A stretch of DNA of 55,497 nucleotides from a virus. Lineage: Duplodnaviria; Caudoviricetes. The translations under genes and the position numbers were made by a program. The notes beneath the pieces are model-generated. The model saw nothing but the letters and a program-made list of their open reading frames with translations. It was not told the DNA's origin and did not search any database. The DNA lies in the IMG/VR virus record IMGVR_UViG_3300047564_004158, positions 1 through 55,497 of that record. One strand, 5' to 3'. Shown piece by piece: positions 19,260 to 27,781 of the stretch (within the stretch, counting starts at the first letter, position 1; each line of letters opens with the position of its first letter).

Positions 19260-21050
19260 ATGACAACAAAAATTAATTTCAATAATATTTCTAATACTGG
19301 AGTAGTGTCCGGTACTTATAGTAATAGTATTATTAGCGTAAATGAGCAAGGCCAAATTACTTCAGCAGCCATAGGACAAAAAATACCTATAATTACTACT
19401 GTAAAAATTACTGATACTAGTTGGGTACCATTGGACGACTTAGAAGCAGATACTACTGCAGCAAATATAAGAATTTTGGGCAGTCAATTTGAACAAGGCT
19501 GTCAAGTACTATTTAATAATTTGGTAGCAACAAGCACTAGTCTTTTAAATTTTACTAGAACTACTGTAAGTACACAGTCGTTAACAAGTATATTGGACTT
19601 TACTACTACAGCAGATTTAACAGTAGGTATGCTAGTAAACGGTACAGGAATACCTTCTGAAACTACTATAACTGCAAAATTAAGTGCCACAAGAATACAA
19701 TTAAGCAAAAATTTAACTACTGCTGTACCATCTGGCAGTATTATAACATTTTCTAATAGTAATGAATTATTAATTACAGCTAATAATATACCTACAGGTA
19801 TTTATAATATTAGTGTTGTTAATCCTCAAGGTGGAATTGCTACAAAATTGAATGCTATAACTTTTGGGTCTAAGCCAATATGGGTTACTGCTACAACTCT
19901 ACCGGCTCAAAATCAACAAACTAGTTACAGCCAACAACTTTCTGCTACTTATGCAACAACATATTCTATTGAACCAGGCAGTGCTTTACCAGGTACTTTA
20001 ACGCTTAGTAGTAGCGGTCTTATTTCCGGTAATTTACCAGTAGTTACACAAAATAGTACGTATACATTTACTATAAGAGCAACAGATGCAGAATTACAAG
20101 ATAGTTTGAGAACATTTAGTTTAACTGTGTATAGGGGTACAGCTACAGCTACTATTAATCCTGCTGTTGATGGCAAAACTACTTGGGATTTTAACACAGA
20201 TGGACCAATAAATTTTACTAGTGCAGGTACTTGGACTTTAACTCCTACCACAAATTTTTATGCTTTTACTAAGGTATGGGGAGCTGGTGGTGGTGGAGAC
20301 ACTGGTGGAGGTGGTGGCTATGCTTTTGGTAACGTTTATTTTCAAAATAATCTTCCCTACTTATTTGTAGTTGGTTCTGGAGGTAATGCTGGTACAGGCG
20401 GTACAGGTGGTACAGGCGGTACAGGAGTAGGTACTGGCGGCACAGGTGGAGCGGGTTTCTACGCTGCCGCTGGTGGCAGTGGCGGCGGGGCTGGTAGTGG
20501 TATATTTCAACCAAATAGTATAAGTCAGGCAAATGCTATTATAATAGGCGGCGGAGGAGGTGGTAAAAGCACTAGACTTCAAGGCGGAGGCGGTGGAGGA
20601 ACTACAGGTAGCTTTGGTACTAATAGTGGAGTTGGTGGAGCTTCTGAAGGAGGTAGAGGTGGCACACAAACTGAGGCAGGTGCCGGCGGAACTGGGAATT
20701 CACCAGCCACCGCTATATACCCAGGTGGTTCTGGTAGCGGTATGAACGGAGGAGCTGGAGGTGGAGGCGGTGGATCTTATTTAGGTGGAGGTGGAGGTGG
20801 TGGTTATTTTGGCGGCGGTGGCGGTGGCGGTGGCAATTCGTTTGGTGCTGGTATAGACGGAGCCGGTGGTGGCGCTAGCGGCCGAGTAAACACAAATACT
20901 ACGCTAATAAATCAAACATATTTAGAAACTGCTGGACGTTCTATAATACCTGCCAATTCTACGGATCCAAATAAGTTTTCTACAGCAGGTGTAGGTGGGG
21001 CTTTAACCGATAGCAAAGGCGGCTCAGGGCAAATTTATATATTTGTATAA
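19260..21050 (+). CDS. Fibre/adhesin: N-terminal fibre motif, IPT + Ig stalk, C-terminal glycine-rich domain
   Basis: TFTIRATDAELQDSLR Ig motif, then KVWGAGGGG...GGGGGYFGGGGG. Confidence 0.78.
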   Translation: MTTKINFNNISNTGVVSGTYSNSIISVNEQGQITSAAIGQKIPIITTVKITDTSWVPLDDLEADTTAANIRILGSQFEQGCQVLFNNLVATSTSLLNFTRTTVSTQSLTSILDFTTTADLTVGMLVNGTGIPSETTITAKLSATRIQLSKNLTTAVPSGSIITFSNSNELLITANNIPTGIYNISVVNPQGGIATKLNAITFGSKPIWVTATTLPAQNQQTSYSQQLSATYATTYSIEPGSALPGTLTLSSSGLISGNLPVVTQNSTYTFTIRATDAELQDSLRTFSLTVYRGTATATINPAVDGKTTWDFNTDGPINFTSAGTWTLTPTTNFYAFTKVWGAGGGGDTGGGGGYAFGNVYFQNNLPYLFVVGSGGNAGTGGTGGTGGTGVGTGGTGGAGFYAAAGGSGGGAGSGIFQPNSISQANAIIIGGGGGGKSTRLQGGGGGGTTGSFGTNSGVGGASEGGRGGTQTEAGAGGTGNSPATAIYPGGSGSGMNGGAGGGGGGSYLGGGGGGGYFGGGGGGGGNSFGAGIDGAGGGASGRVNTNTTLINQTYLETAGRSIIPANSTDPNKFSTAGVGGALTDSKGGSGQIYIFV

Positions 21051-21086
21051 TTATATTAACTTGTAATTAGATAAGGATTATAATAA

Positions 21087-21215
21087 ATGTCTTTTACAAA
21101 AATAGATAATAGTAGTTTTTTTATTGCTAACACTGGTACATATATCAGTGTTAGTAAATATAACATATACACAGTAATAACAAGAACTGATACTGTAACA
21201 ATATCTTTTCCATAA
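21087..21215 (+). pseudogene. 42-aa remnant of an internally deleted fibre gene (or a microprotein)
   Basis: MSFTKIDNSSFFIANTGTYISVSKYNIYTVITRTDTVTISFP*, with AAGGA SD. Its start matches MSFTRID of the 3590 gene. Confidence 0.5.
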
Positions 21216-21216
21216 T

Positions 21217-21771
21217 ATGTTTATCTTAAACTTTATACCAGATTGGCTGTTTCCGCTAGTTGCTGTAATTTCTACACTATTATTTTTTGCCACTAAGTTT
21301 TTTGTACAGTTAATACCTCAGGCAAAGATTTTACACTACAGCACAATTCCGATATTTGCACTTAGTGTATTTTTAATGGGTGCAAACTGGAATAACAACC
21401 ACTGGCAAGCTAAGCTAGTCGAGGAAACTGCCAAGGCGGAACTAGCAATTAAACAGCAACAAGCAGCAAACCAAGAGCTTAAGCTAGAGCGCGAGTCTAA
21501 GTTGCAGGAACTTAAACTTTCAGCAGAACGCGAACGTCAGCAAAATAAACGATTTATTGAAGTTTTAAAATCAAAAGATGCTACAGTGCAAAATGTGTTA
21601 GCTACACTTAGTAAGGCCGAACAAGATAAATATGCCGCACTGGGTGAAAAGGATAAACAGTTGGCTAATAAAAAACTGGAAGAGGTATTGGCCAATGCTA
21701 AAAACTGTCCTACTGTGCCTGAGCTATACCTAGAAAAATTAAATAATACTGCTAAGGGTGCAAAACAATGA
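21217..21771 (+). CDS. Rz-like inner-membrane spanin
   Basis: N-terminal hydrophobic segments followed by a long coiled coil with a C-terminal Cys; precedes a lipoprotein and the endolysin. Confidence 0.7.
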   Translation: MFILNFIPDWLFPLVAVISTLLFFATKFFVQLIPQAKILHYSTIPIFALSVFLMGANWNNNHWQAKLVEETAKAELAIKQQQAANQELKLERESKLQELKLSAERERQQNKRFIEVLKSKDATVQNVLATLSKAEQDKYAALGEKDKQLANKKLEEVLANAKNCPTVPELYLEKLNNTAKGAKQ

Positions 21772-22031
21772 GATTCGTAATATTAGCACTAGCCGGCGCA
21801 CTATTAACTGGTTGTTTACAGAGTTTTAAGGTTAACCCACCTTGGCCACAAATAGCTGATCAAGGTATGCTTAAACCTTGTGAAACACTAAAGCTGGCTA
21901 ATACGCAGGATGTAAGCATGGCAGAACTTGTAGACCTTGTACAGCAAAACTATAATCTCTATCATGAGTGCAAGTTAAATAATGATAGTTGGATAAAGTG
22001 GTATACAACCCACTGGAAAAAGGATAAGTAA
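21768..22031 (+). CDS. Rz1-like outer-membrane lipoprotein spanin
   Basis: Lipobox LLTG-C, Pro-containing segment, PC...YHEC; ATGA overlap with the i-spanin. Confidence 0.75.
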   Translation: MRFVILALAGALLTGCLQSFKVNPPWPQIADQGMLKPCETLKLANTQDVSMAELVDLVQQNYNLYHECKLNNDSWIKWYTTHWKKDK

Positions 22032-22645
22032 TGGAACTAACACAAGAACAATTACAGCAAATTATACCAAAAAATAAATATGTTAGTTACTGGTATGATG
22101 CACTGCGTCAATTACTACCACAGTATGAAATAAATACTAGTGAGCGCATAGCTGCTTTTTTAGCACAGTGTGCTCATGAGTCGGGTGGATTTGTTTTTAT
22201 CAAAGAAAACTTAAACTATCGCTGGCAAAGTCTACGTAAGGTATTTCCCAAGTATTTTCCCACGGATGCATTGGCGCAGCAATATGAAAAGCAACCAGAA
22301 AAAATTGCTAATCGTGTATACGCTAACCGCATGGGCAATGGTCCTGAAGAGTCGGGCGATGGATATAAGTTTTGTGGACGTGGGTTGATACAGGTAACTG
22401 GTCGTGAAAATTACAGTTGGTTTGCGGCTAGTCTGCAAATTACACCTGAAGAAGCGTCGGAATATATGGAAACCTTTGAAGGTGCTGCACAAAGTGCCTG
22501 CTGGTTTTGGGAATCAAACAATCTTAATCAATGGGCAGACAAGCGTGATATACTCACACTTACTAAACGCATCAATGGCGGAACAATTGGCTTAGAAGAT
22601 AGGAAAAAGCATTACGAACATTGCTTACACGTACTAAGCCACTAA
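22031..22645 (+). CDS. Endolysin, glycoside hydrolase family 19
   Basis: AAFLAQCAHESGG, ENLNY, GRGLIQVTGRENY, SACWFW, TKRINGG motifs. Confidence 0.92.
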   Translation: MELTQEQLQQIIPKNKYVSYWYDALRQLLPQYEINTSERIAAFLAQCAHESGGFVFIKENLNYRWQSLRKVFPKYFPTDALAQQYEKQPEKIANRVYANRMGNGPEESGDGYKFCGRGLIQVTGRENYSWFAASLQITPEEASEYMETFEGAAQSACWFWESNNLNQWADKRDILTLTKRINGGTIGLEDRKKHYEHCLHVLSH

Positions 22646-22665
22646 AATAGTCTAAGGAGACTAAT

Positions 22666-23892
22666 ATGAAAAGAGTATTAGCCTTTGTAATAACACTAGT
22701 TGGCATAGTAGCGCCAAGTTTTTCTCAAACTCCTCCACTAATTGACCAGGGCAATTATGACGGCGGTCGTAGCCTGGTAGACACCAATAGTACTAGTGCT
22801 AGCACTAGTACTGTAACAACAAATAACACTAGTACTAGTACAAGTACAGCAACCAGCACAAGTACGGTTAATAGCGTTAGTACTAACACAAATAACAGTA
22901 CTAGTACAAGTACTAATGTAAATACAAATAATAACATACAAAGCGGTACTGCTACTAATATTAACGATAATCGTATGAGTGGTACTGTTACTTATAATAA
23001 TAACAATAATATGAGTGGCAGCGTTACCTACAATAATAATAACAACATGAGTGGTAGTGTTACATATAATAACAACAATACTACTACTAGCAACAATACA
23101 AATACTAATATTAATACTGGCACGATGACCTATAACAATAACAATGTTAATAGTGGCACTATGACCTACAACAATAACAATGTTAGTAAAAATGAAAATC
23201 AAAATGTAAACTATAATGTTAATACTGGTACACAAACACTAAATAATAATACTAAAAGCGAAAATATAAATGTTAACACTGGTACAATGAATTATAACAA
23301 TACTAATACTACTACTAGTAACAGTACGGTTAATAATGTGCAAACTGGTGACATGACTAATCGCAATATAAATCAAACAAACGCTACAACTACAAATACA
23401 AACGTTAATCAAAGTACTAGTACGGCTATAAATCAAAATGTACAAACTGGTGATATGACTAATCGTAATATTAATGATACAAATATTACACAACGTGTTA
23501 TACAGCCACCACCAACAGCAATTGCACCAGCTATGATGAGCGGCGGAGGTGCAGATCTTTGTACTACAGGTAGCAGCGGAGCAGTTCAAACACAATTCTT
23601 AGGCATGGCACTGGGCGGTACACAGCGAGATCTAAACTGTGAGAGATTGAAATTAAGTAAAACACTATATGATATGGGCATGAAAGTAGCAGCAGTAGCT
23701 ACTATGTGTCAAGATCGCAGAGTTTTTGAGGCTATGATGGCTGCTGGTACACCATGTCCCTATGAAGGTAAAATAGGCGAACAAGCTAAAGAATTGTGGT
23801 TAGCAAATCCTCATAAAGTACCACAATACGACTACAAAACAATAGCTGAAGCACCAACTACTGTTAGCCCACAGCCAGGTTGGATACGATGA
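22666..23892 (+). CDS. Exported protein with Asn/Thr-rich repeats and a Cys-containing C-terminal domain
   Basis: Signal peptide MKRVLAFVITLVGIVAPSFS; N/T repeats; PPPTAIAP...C...NCERLKLSK...MCQD...AGTPCP. Confidence 0.8.
   Translation: MKRVLAFVITLVGIVAPSFSQTPPLIDQGNYDGGRSLVDTNSTSASTSTVTTNNTSTSTSTATSTSTVNSVSTNTNNSTSTSTNVNTNNNIQSGTATNINDNRMSGTVTYNNNNNMSGSVTYNNNNNMSGSVTYNNNNTTTSNNTNTNINTGTMTYNNNNVNSGTMTYNNNNVSKNENQNVNYNVNTGTQTLNNNTKSENINVNTGTMNYNNTNTTTSNSTVNNVQTGDMTNRNINQTNATTTNTNVNQSTSTAINQNVQTGDMTNRNINDTNITQRVIQPPPTAIAPAMMSGGGADLCTTGSSGAVQTQFLGMALGGTQRDLNCERLKLSKTLYDMGMKVAAVATMCQDRRVFEAMMAAGTPCPYEGKIGEQAKELWLANPHKVPQYDYKTIAEAPTTVSPQPGWIR
22975..23082 (+). repeat. Three tandem 36-nt units encoding MSG(T/S)VTYNNNN(N/T)
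   Basis: Units start at 22975, 23011 and 23047 (atgagtgg...); differences are mostly synonymous. Confidence 0.9.
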
Positions 23893-25613
23893 GGTGGTTT
23901 TTTATAGTTTTATTATTTTCAACCAGCACAGCAGCACAAACTATTGATATTACTGGTAACCTAGTAAATAATACTCAAACTGCTACAACTGTAACTTCTA
24001 CATGGCAAAATGCTAAGTTTGTTAATGAGCTTACTTGTTGGCAGGTCGGAGATCCTAATTGTAGCGCTGGTCAGCCTTATGTGCGTCCTGATGGTAGTAT
24101 AAATTTTAGTTATAGTTACACAGAACTTTATCAGATTGTAAATGTTAGTAAAGCACTACCAAACAGCGGCACAGGATTGGTAACTACAGGGTTTACTTTT
24201 AGTTGGCGTAGTAAAAATGGTAACAGCTGGGACGATGCTAGAATGGACCAATTAAATGCCTATGTACAAGGATATACTAAAAGTGGTAAATGGATAGAAA
24301 ATTTTGGTTATAACCTTAATTTTCAGCACGACTGGACAGACTTTACTTGGTCACAGGATTGGAGTAAATTGCGTAGACCAGATGAACTAGCAAATGTATT
24401 ATTTGGTTTTAGTGGCAAAGACAATAATTATTGGATGGGACCTTATGGATCAGAGATAACAAATGTTAATTTTAGGTTGCGCTATAAACCGGATCCCTGT
24501 GTTAATAATCCACTTTATAGTCCCGACTGTCCAAAGTTTCAAGAAACACTGGCAAAAAATAATGAAAGCTATACTATAGACAATGCAACTGTTAAACCTA
24601 CCACAGTTGAATATACTAGTGACAATACAAGTAATGTTAAGCCTGTTAAATCTATTGACACCTGGCAAGATGAGGAAGAGTATAGAGATAGGCAAGAAAG
24701 CTATGTGGAATATGACTACAATAGACTACTTGATACTTTATTTAAAATAGAAGATAATCAACAGCGTGAACAAAATATTGCCGTAGACGCAGCAAATACG
24801 GCTATTAGTGAAACAGATAAGATTAGTCAACAAACAGTTCGTCAAGCCGAACAAATTGCTAGTAAAACTGTTAAACAAAGTATTGAAAATATTAGTATTG
24901 GGCAGCACTCAGCCGCAGATACTAAACAAAAGGATAATAAACAGGAACAATCTTTAGCATTATTTCAACCTAGTACAATTAATGTTCAAAGTTTATTTCA
25001 ACCTAATTTTTCACAACAACTTAATTTGCTACAAGCGCCTACATTAGTAGAAACTCAACAAGTAGGCCAACAAAATACCGAGCAACAAATTAAACCTAGT
25101 AACAATCAACAGACAAATAATTTAGTTCAACAAGTTGCTACGGTTCAACAAACTACCAATACACCAACTACAGTGCAACAACTACAACAAAGTAGCGCAA
25201 CTAATAGTACTAATACTCAAGTAACATTAGTTAACCAACTAGCATCGCAAACAGTAGAAATACCACAGCAGACACAAAGTTTTTTAACTAACAAGGCCGA
25301 TCCTATTAATGCTTTATTAGAAGCAAAACAATTAGAGCAAGATAGTAAAACAGAACAGTCTATACAGCAAGTAAAAGCTAATACTCCAGACAACGATTTA
25401 GCTAATGGGGTTAGCCTAACACAATTGGCTGTAGCACCAGCTAATTATAATCAATATTTAAATCTTGTACTACGTGATACTGCATTTTATCCTCCACGAG
25501 AGGTATACAGAAACCAGCGAACAGTAGATAATGCACGAGCGTTACGTCAGCTTAGTAGCGACAGATTACACAAACAAATGGTTGATCAACAATATGGAGG
25601 TAGCCGTGAGTGA
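23889..25613 (+). CDS. Exported protein with beta-sandwich-like N-terminus, DPC..NPL..P.CP motif and Gln-rich tail
   Basis: Start moved to ATG 23889 (ATGA overlap); signal peptide MRWFFIVLLFSTSTAA. Confidence 0.75.
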   Translation: MRWFFIVLLFSTSTAAQTIDITGNLVNNTQTATTVTSTWQNAKFVNELTCWQVGDPNCSAGQPYVRPDGSINFSYSYTELYQIVNVSKALPNSGTGLVTTGFTFSWRSKNGNSWDDARMDQLNAYVQGYTKSGKWIENFGYNLNFQHDWTDFTWSQDWSKLRRPDELANVLFGFSGKDNNYWMGPYGSEITNVNFRLRYKPDPCVNNPLYSPDCPKFQETLAKNNESYTIDNATVKPTTVEYTSDNTSNVKPVKSIDTWQDEEEYRDRQESYVEYDYNRLLDTLFKIEDNQQREQNIAVDAANTAISETDKISQQTVRQAEQIASKTVKQSIENISIGQHSAADTKQKDNKQEQSLALFQPSTINVQSLFQPNFSQQLNLLQAPTLVETQQVGQQNTEQQIKPSNNQQTNNLVQQVATVQQTTNTPTTVQQLQQSSATNSTNTQVTLVNQLASQTVEIPQQTQSFLTNKADPINALLEAKQLEQDSKTEQSIQQVKANTPDNDLANGVSLTQLAVAPANYNQYLNLVLRDTAFYPPREVYRNQRTVDNARALRQLSSDRLHKQMVDQQYGGSRE

Positions 25614-26259
25614 AGAAAAAGTAAACTTAGACAAAAAGGTTGAAGAATTAGAAGCTGCAGCTAAAAAATATGCTAGTAAAGATACTGTTATTAGTGTTGG
25701 TGGATATGATTTTACTCCGGCTAAACTAATGATTGTTGCTACACTATTAAGCAGCGTGTTAGGTGCACTATATGGTGCTTTTGAAGTTTACAAAGACTAT
25801 ATTGGCATGAAGAAAAAGATTGCTGAGTATGTGGCTCCAGACTTTAGCGAGTTTGATAAAAGACTAGCAGTAATTGAAGAAAATTCTGCAAAAACAGCTA
25901 AGGCTGTGCAAGATGGATCGGATAAAACTGCTGAGTATACTCGTGACATTAAAAATGATCTTAAAGGCGATATACGTAGACTAGAAAAAGTTGTTGAAAG
26001 TGTGGAAACTAGTAATAAGACCCAACAACGTGAAATAGATAAAACTGTACAGGAGATCAAGGTAGAAGTTAGATCAATACAAAAAGCAGCTGATCAAGCA
26101 CTTAATAGTGCTACTAAAGAAATGAATAAAATGAGTGCAGATAATGCTAAAGCTATTGCAGCAAACAATCGTGAAGTTGAAGCTAAAATGCGTGCACTTG
26201 ATAAAAAGATCAATGAAGATCTTAAAAAGGCACTTGATAATCCACTAGCTAATAAGTAG
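25606..26259 (+). CDS. Single-TM coiled-coil protein
   Basis: Start moved to GTG 25606 (GGAGG SD at 25596). TM segment LMIVATLLSSVLGALYGAF, then a long heptad-rich region. Confidence 0.75.
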   Translation: MSEEKVNLDKKVEELEAAAKKYASKDTVISVGGYDFTPAKLMIVATLLSSVLGALYGAFEVYKDYIGMKKKIAEYVAPDFSEFDKRLAVIEENSAKTAKAVQDGSDKTAEYTRDIKNDLKGDIRRLEKVVESVETSNKTQQREIDKTVQEIKVEVRSIQKAADQALNSATKEMNKMSADNAKAIAANNREVEAKMRALDKKINEDLKKALDNPLANK

Positions 26260-26267
26260 GAGAAACT

Positions 26268-26795
26268 ATGACAGAACAAGTAGAAAAAAAGCCACTAACT
26301 CGCAGCGAAAAAGAAGCTAAAATTAAAGATAAAGCAGGTTTTGTTATCGTATTCTTAGCAGCCCTACTAGCTATTAACACAATGATTGGTGGTAGTAATA
26401 GTAGTAAGATACAAAATAATACTATTCAAGCCAACAACATGTGGGCATGGTATCAAGCTAAAAATGTACGCGGTGTACTTTATGAAATTAGTGCTGCTGA
26501 AGCACAAAAGCCTGAAAATCGTGATAAGTTTTTAGCAGAAGCTAAACGCATGAGCGATGATAAAAAAGACATTATGGAAAAGGCTAAAGCGCTGGAAGCT
26601 GAACGTGATGAAGCAAAAAAGCGTAGTCCATGGTTTACCTGGGGTGGCAGTATACTACAAATTAGCATTGTATTACTAACTGCTAGTATATTAGCGGCTA
26701 GTATGCCTATGTTTTGGGTTAGTACCGTAGTAGGTGCGCTAGGTAGTCTAATAGTTACACAAGCATTGTGGATGTGGCTACCGTGGTTAGGATAA
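26268..26795 (+). CDS. Membrane protein, DUF4337-like
   Basis: TM - WAWYQAK - coiled coil - LQISIVL..AS - TM architecture. Confidence 0.65.
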   Translation: MTEQVEKKPLTRSEKEAKIKDKAGFVIVFLAALLAINTMIGGSNSSKIQNNTIQANNMWAWYQAKNVRGVLYEISAAEAQKPENRDKFLAEAKRMSDDKKDIMEKAKALEAERDEAKKRSPWFTWGGSILQISIVLLTASILAASMPMFWVSTVVGALGSLIVTQALWMWLPWLG

Positions 26796-27013
26796 TATTA
26801 TTATCATCATTACTACTAGCTAGTTGTAGCGACATGTACAGGTATCCTTGTCAAAATCCTGACAACTGGGATCATAAAGTTTGTAAACGACCTTATTGCA
26901 GCGCAAATGGAACTTGCCCAGAAGATCTAACACCTTATGAAAAAGGTCTTGCAAATAATCCTGGTAAACCAATAACTTCAACCCCAGTTCAAGCAGCAAA
27001 GGATTGTAAATGA
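26768..27013 (+). CDS. Cys-rich small lipoprotein
   Basis: Lipobox LLAS-C; YRYPCQNPDNW...C..PYC...GTCP. The start could instead be GTG 26783. Confidence 0.7.
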   Translation: MDVATVVRIILLSSLLLASCSDMYRYPCQNPDNWDHKVCKRPYCSANGTCPEDLTPYEKGLANNPGKPITSTPVQAAKDCK

Positions 27014-27459
27014 TTAAAGACCTTTGGTCCGGCCCGCGTTACACAGAAGACGAGCTAATGGCCAGGCTTAAATTTTTTATAGGTATGGTACTAGCACTAA
27101 CACTATTTGGTATCGTATTTGTAGTACTCTATAGCCTAATATTTGTAACACAGCCTATGAATGGTATTAGCCCTGTAGATAACAAGTTTTTTGAATTGAT
27201 TATTCCTATTGCTACATTCCTAACAGGTACACTTAGCGGTATAATGTTAGCTAGCGGCGATAAGGATGCTCAAAAAGCAGCCCTACAAGCTGCAAATAAA
27301 GGTTGGGATAAACCACCAAGCCCAACACCTATGCCAACCGTTACCCTAGGTAATAATGGTAGCATAAGCATAGCATCTCCGTCAACTGGTGGCAATCAAG
27401 TAACTGTTGGGTTTGGCGGTAAAGCCGCACCACCACAGCAACCCTTTCCAGAACTATAA
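27010..27459 (+). CDS. Two-TM membrane protein with Pro-rich tail
   Basis: FFIGMVLALTLFGIVFVVLYSLIF and LIIPIATFLTGTLSGIML; ATGA overlap with the lipoprotein gene. Confidence 0.72.
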   Translation: MIKDLWSGPRYTEDELMARLKFFIGMVLALTLFGIVFVVLYSLIFVTQPMNGISPVDNKFFELIIPIATFLTGTLSGIMLASGDKDAQKAALQAANKGWDKPPSPTPMPTVTLGNNGSISIASPSTGGNQVTVGFGGKAAPPQQPFPEL

Positions 27460-27471
27460 TAGGAAATTTAT

Positions 27472-27759
27472 ATGACTAAAACTTTACTAGCACTTATAGC
27501 TTCAGCACTTCTACTACAACCAGCACTAGCCGCAGATCCGGTAAAAAAGGAAGAAAAAGCTCCTGCTAAAGTAGAAGCTAAGAAGGACGAGCCAGTTAAA
27601 AAAGAAGATAAGGCTCCAGCTAAAAAAGAGCGTGCTTGTATTGACAAAGTAAAGGATGGTAAGCCTGTTATTGGCAAAGATGGTAAGCCAGAGCAGGTAT
27701 GCAAAGAAGTTAAGGTTCACGAAAAATTAGATGGACATAAAGTACCCGATAAAAAGTAA
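27472..27759 (+). CDS. Exported Lys/Glu-rich protein with one Cys pair
   Basis: Signal peptide ending PALA; internal repeat PVKKE(E/D)KAPAK. Confidence 0.7.
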   Translation: MTKTLLALIASALLLQPALAADPVKKEEKAPAKVEAKKDEPVKKEDKAPAKKERACIDKVKDGKPVIGKDGKPEQVCKEVKVHEKLDGHKVPDKK

Positions 27760-27781
27760 CCTTAACTACTAGGACTCTAAT

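Noticed and set aside
3590-21050. Invertase/shufflon-type fibre switching
   Set aside because: All fibre modules are on the same strand, with no inverted silent cassettes and no site-specific recombinase in the window.
21078-21293. 71-aa minus-strand ORF
   Set aside because: Antisense to the late block and overlapping the spanin; the plus-strand 42-aa ORF with an SD explains the region better.
22738-23595. Hydrophobic antisense ORFs (Val/Leu/Ile-rich) and a possible CRISPR-like array
   Set aside because: They mirror the Asn/Thr codon repeats. The 36-nt units are contiguous, in frame and synonymously diverged, with no spacers.
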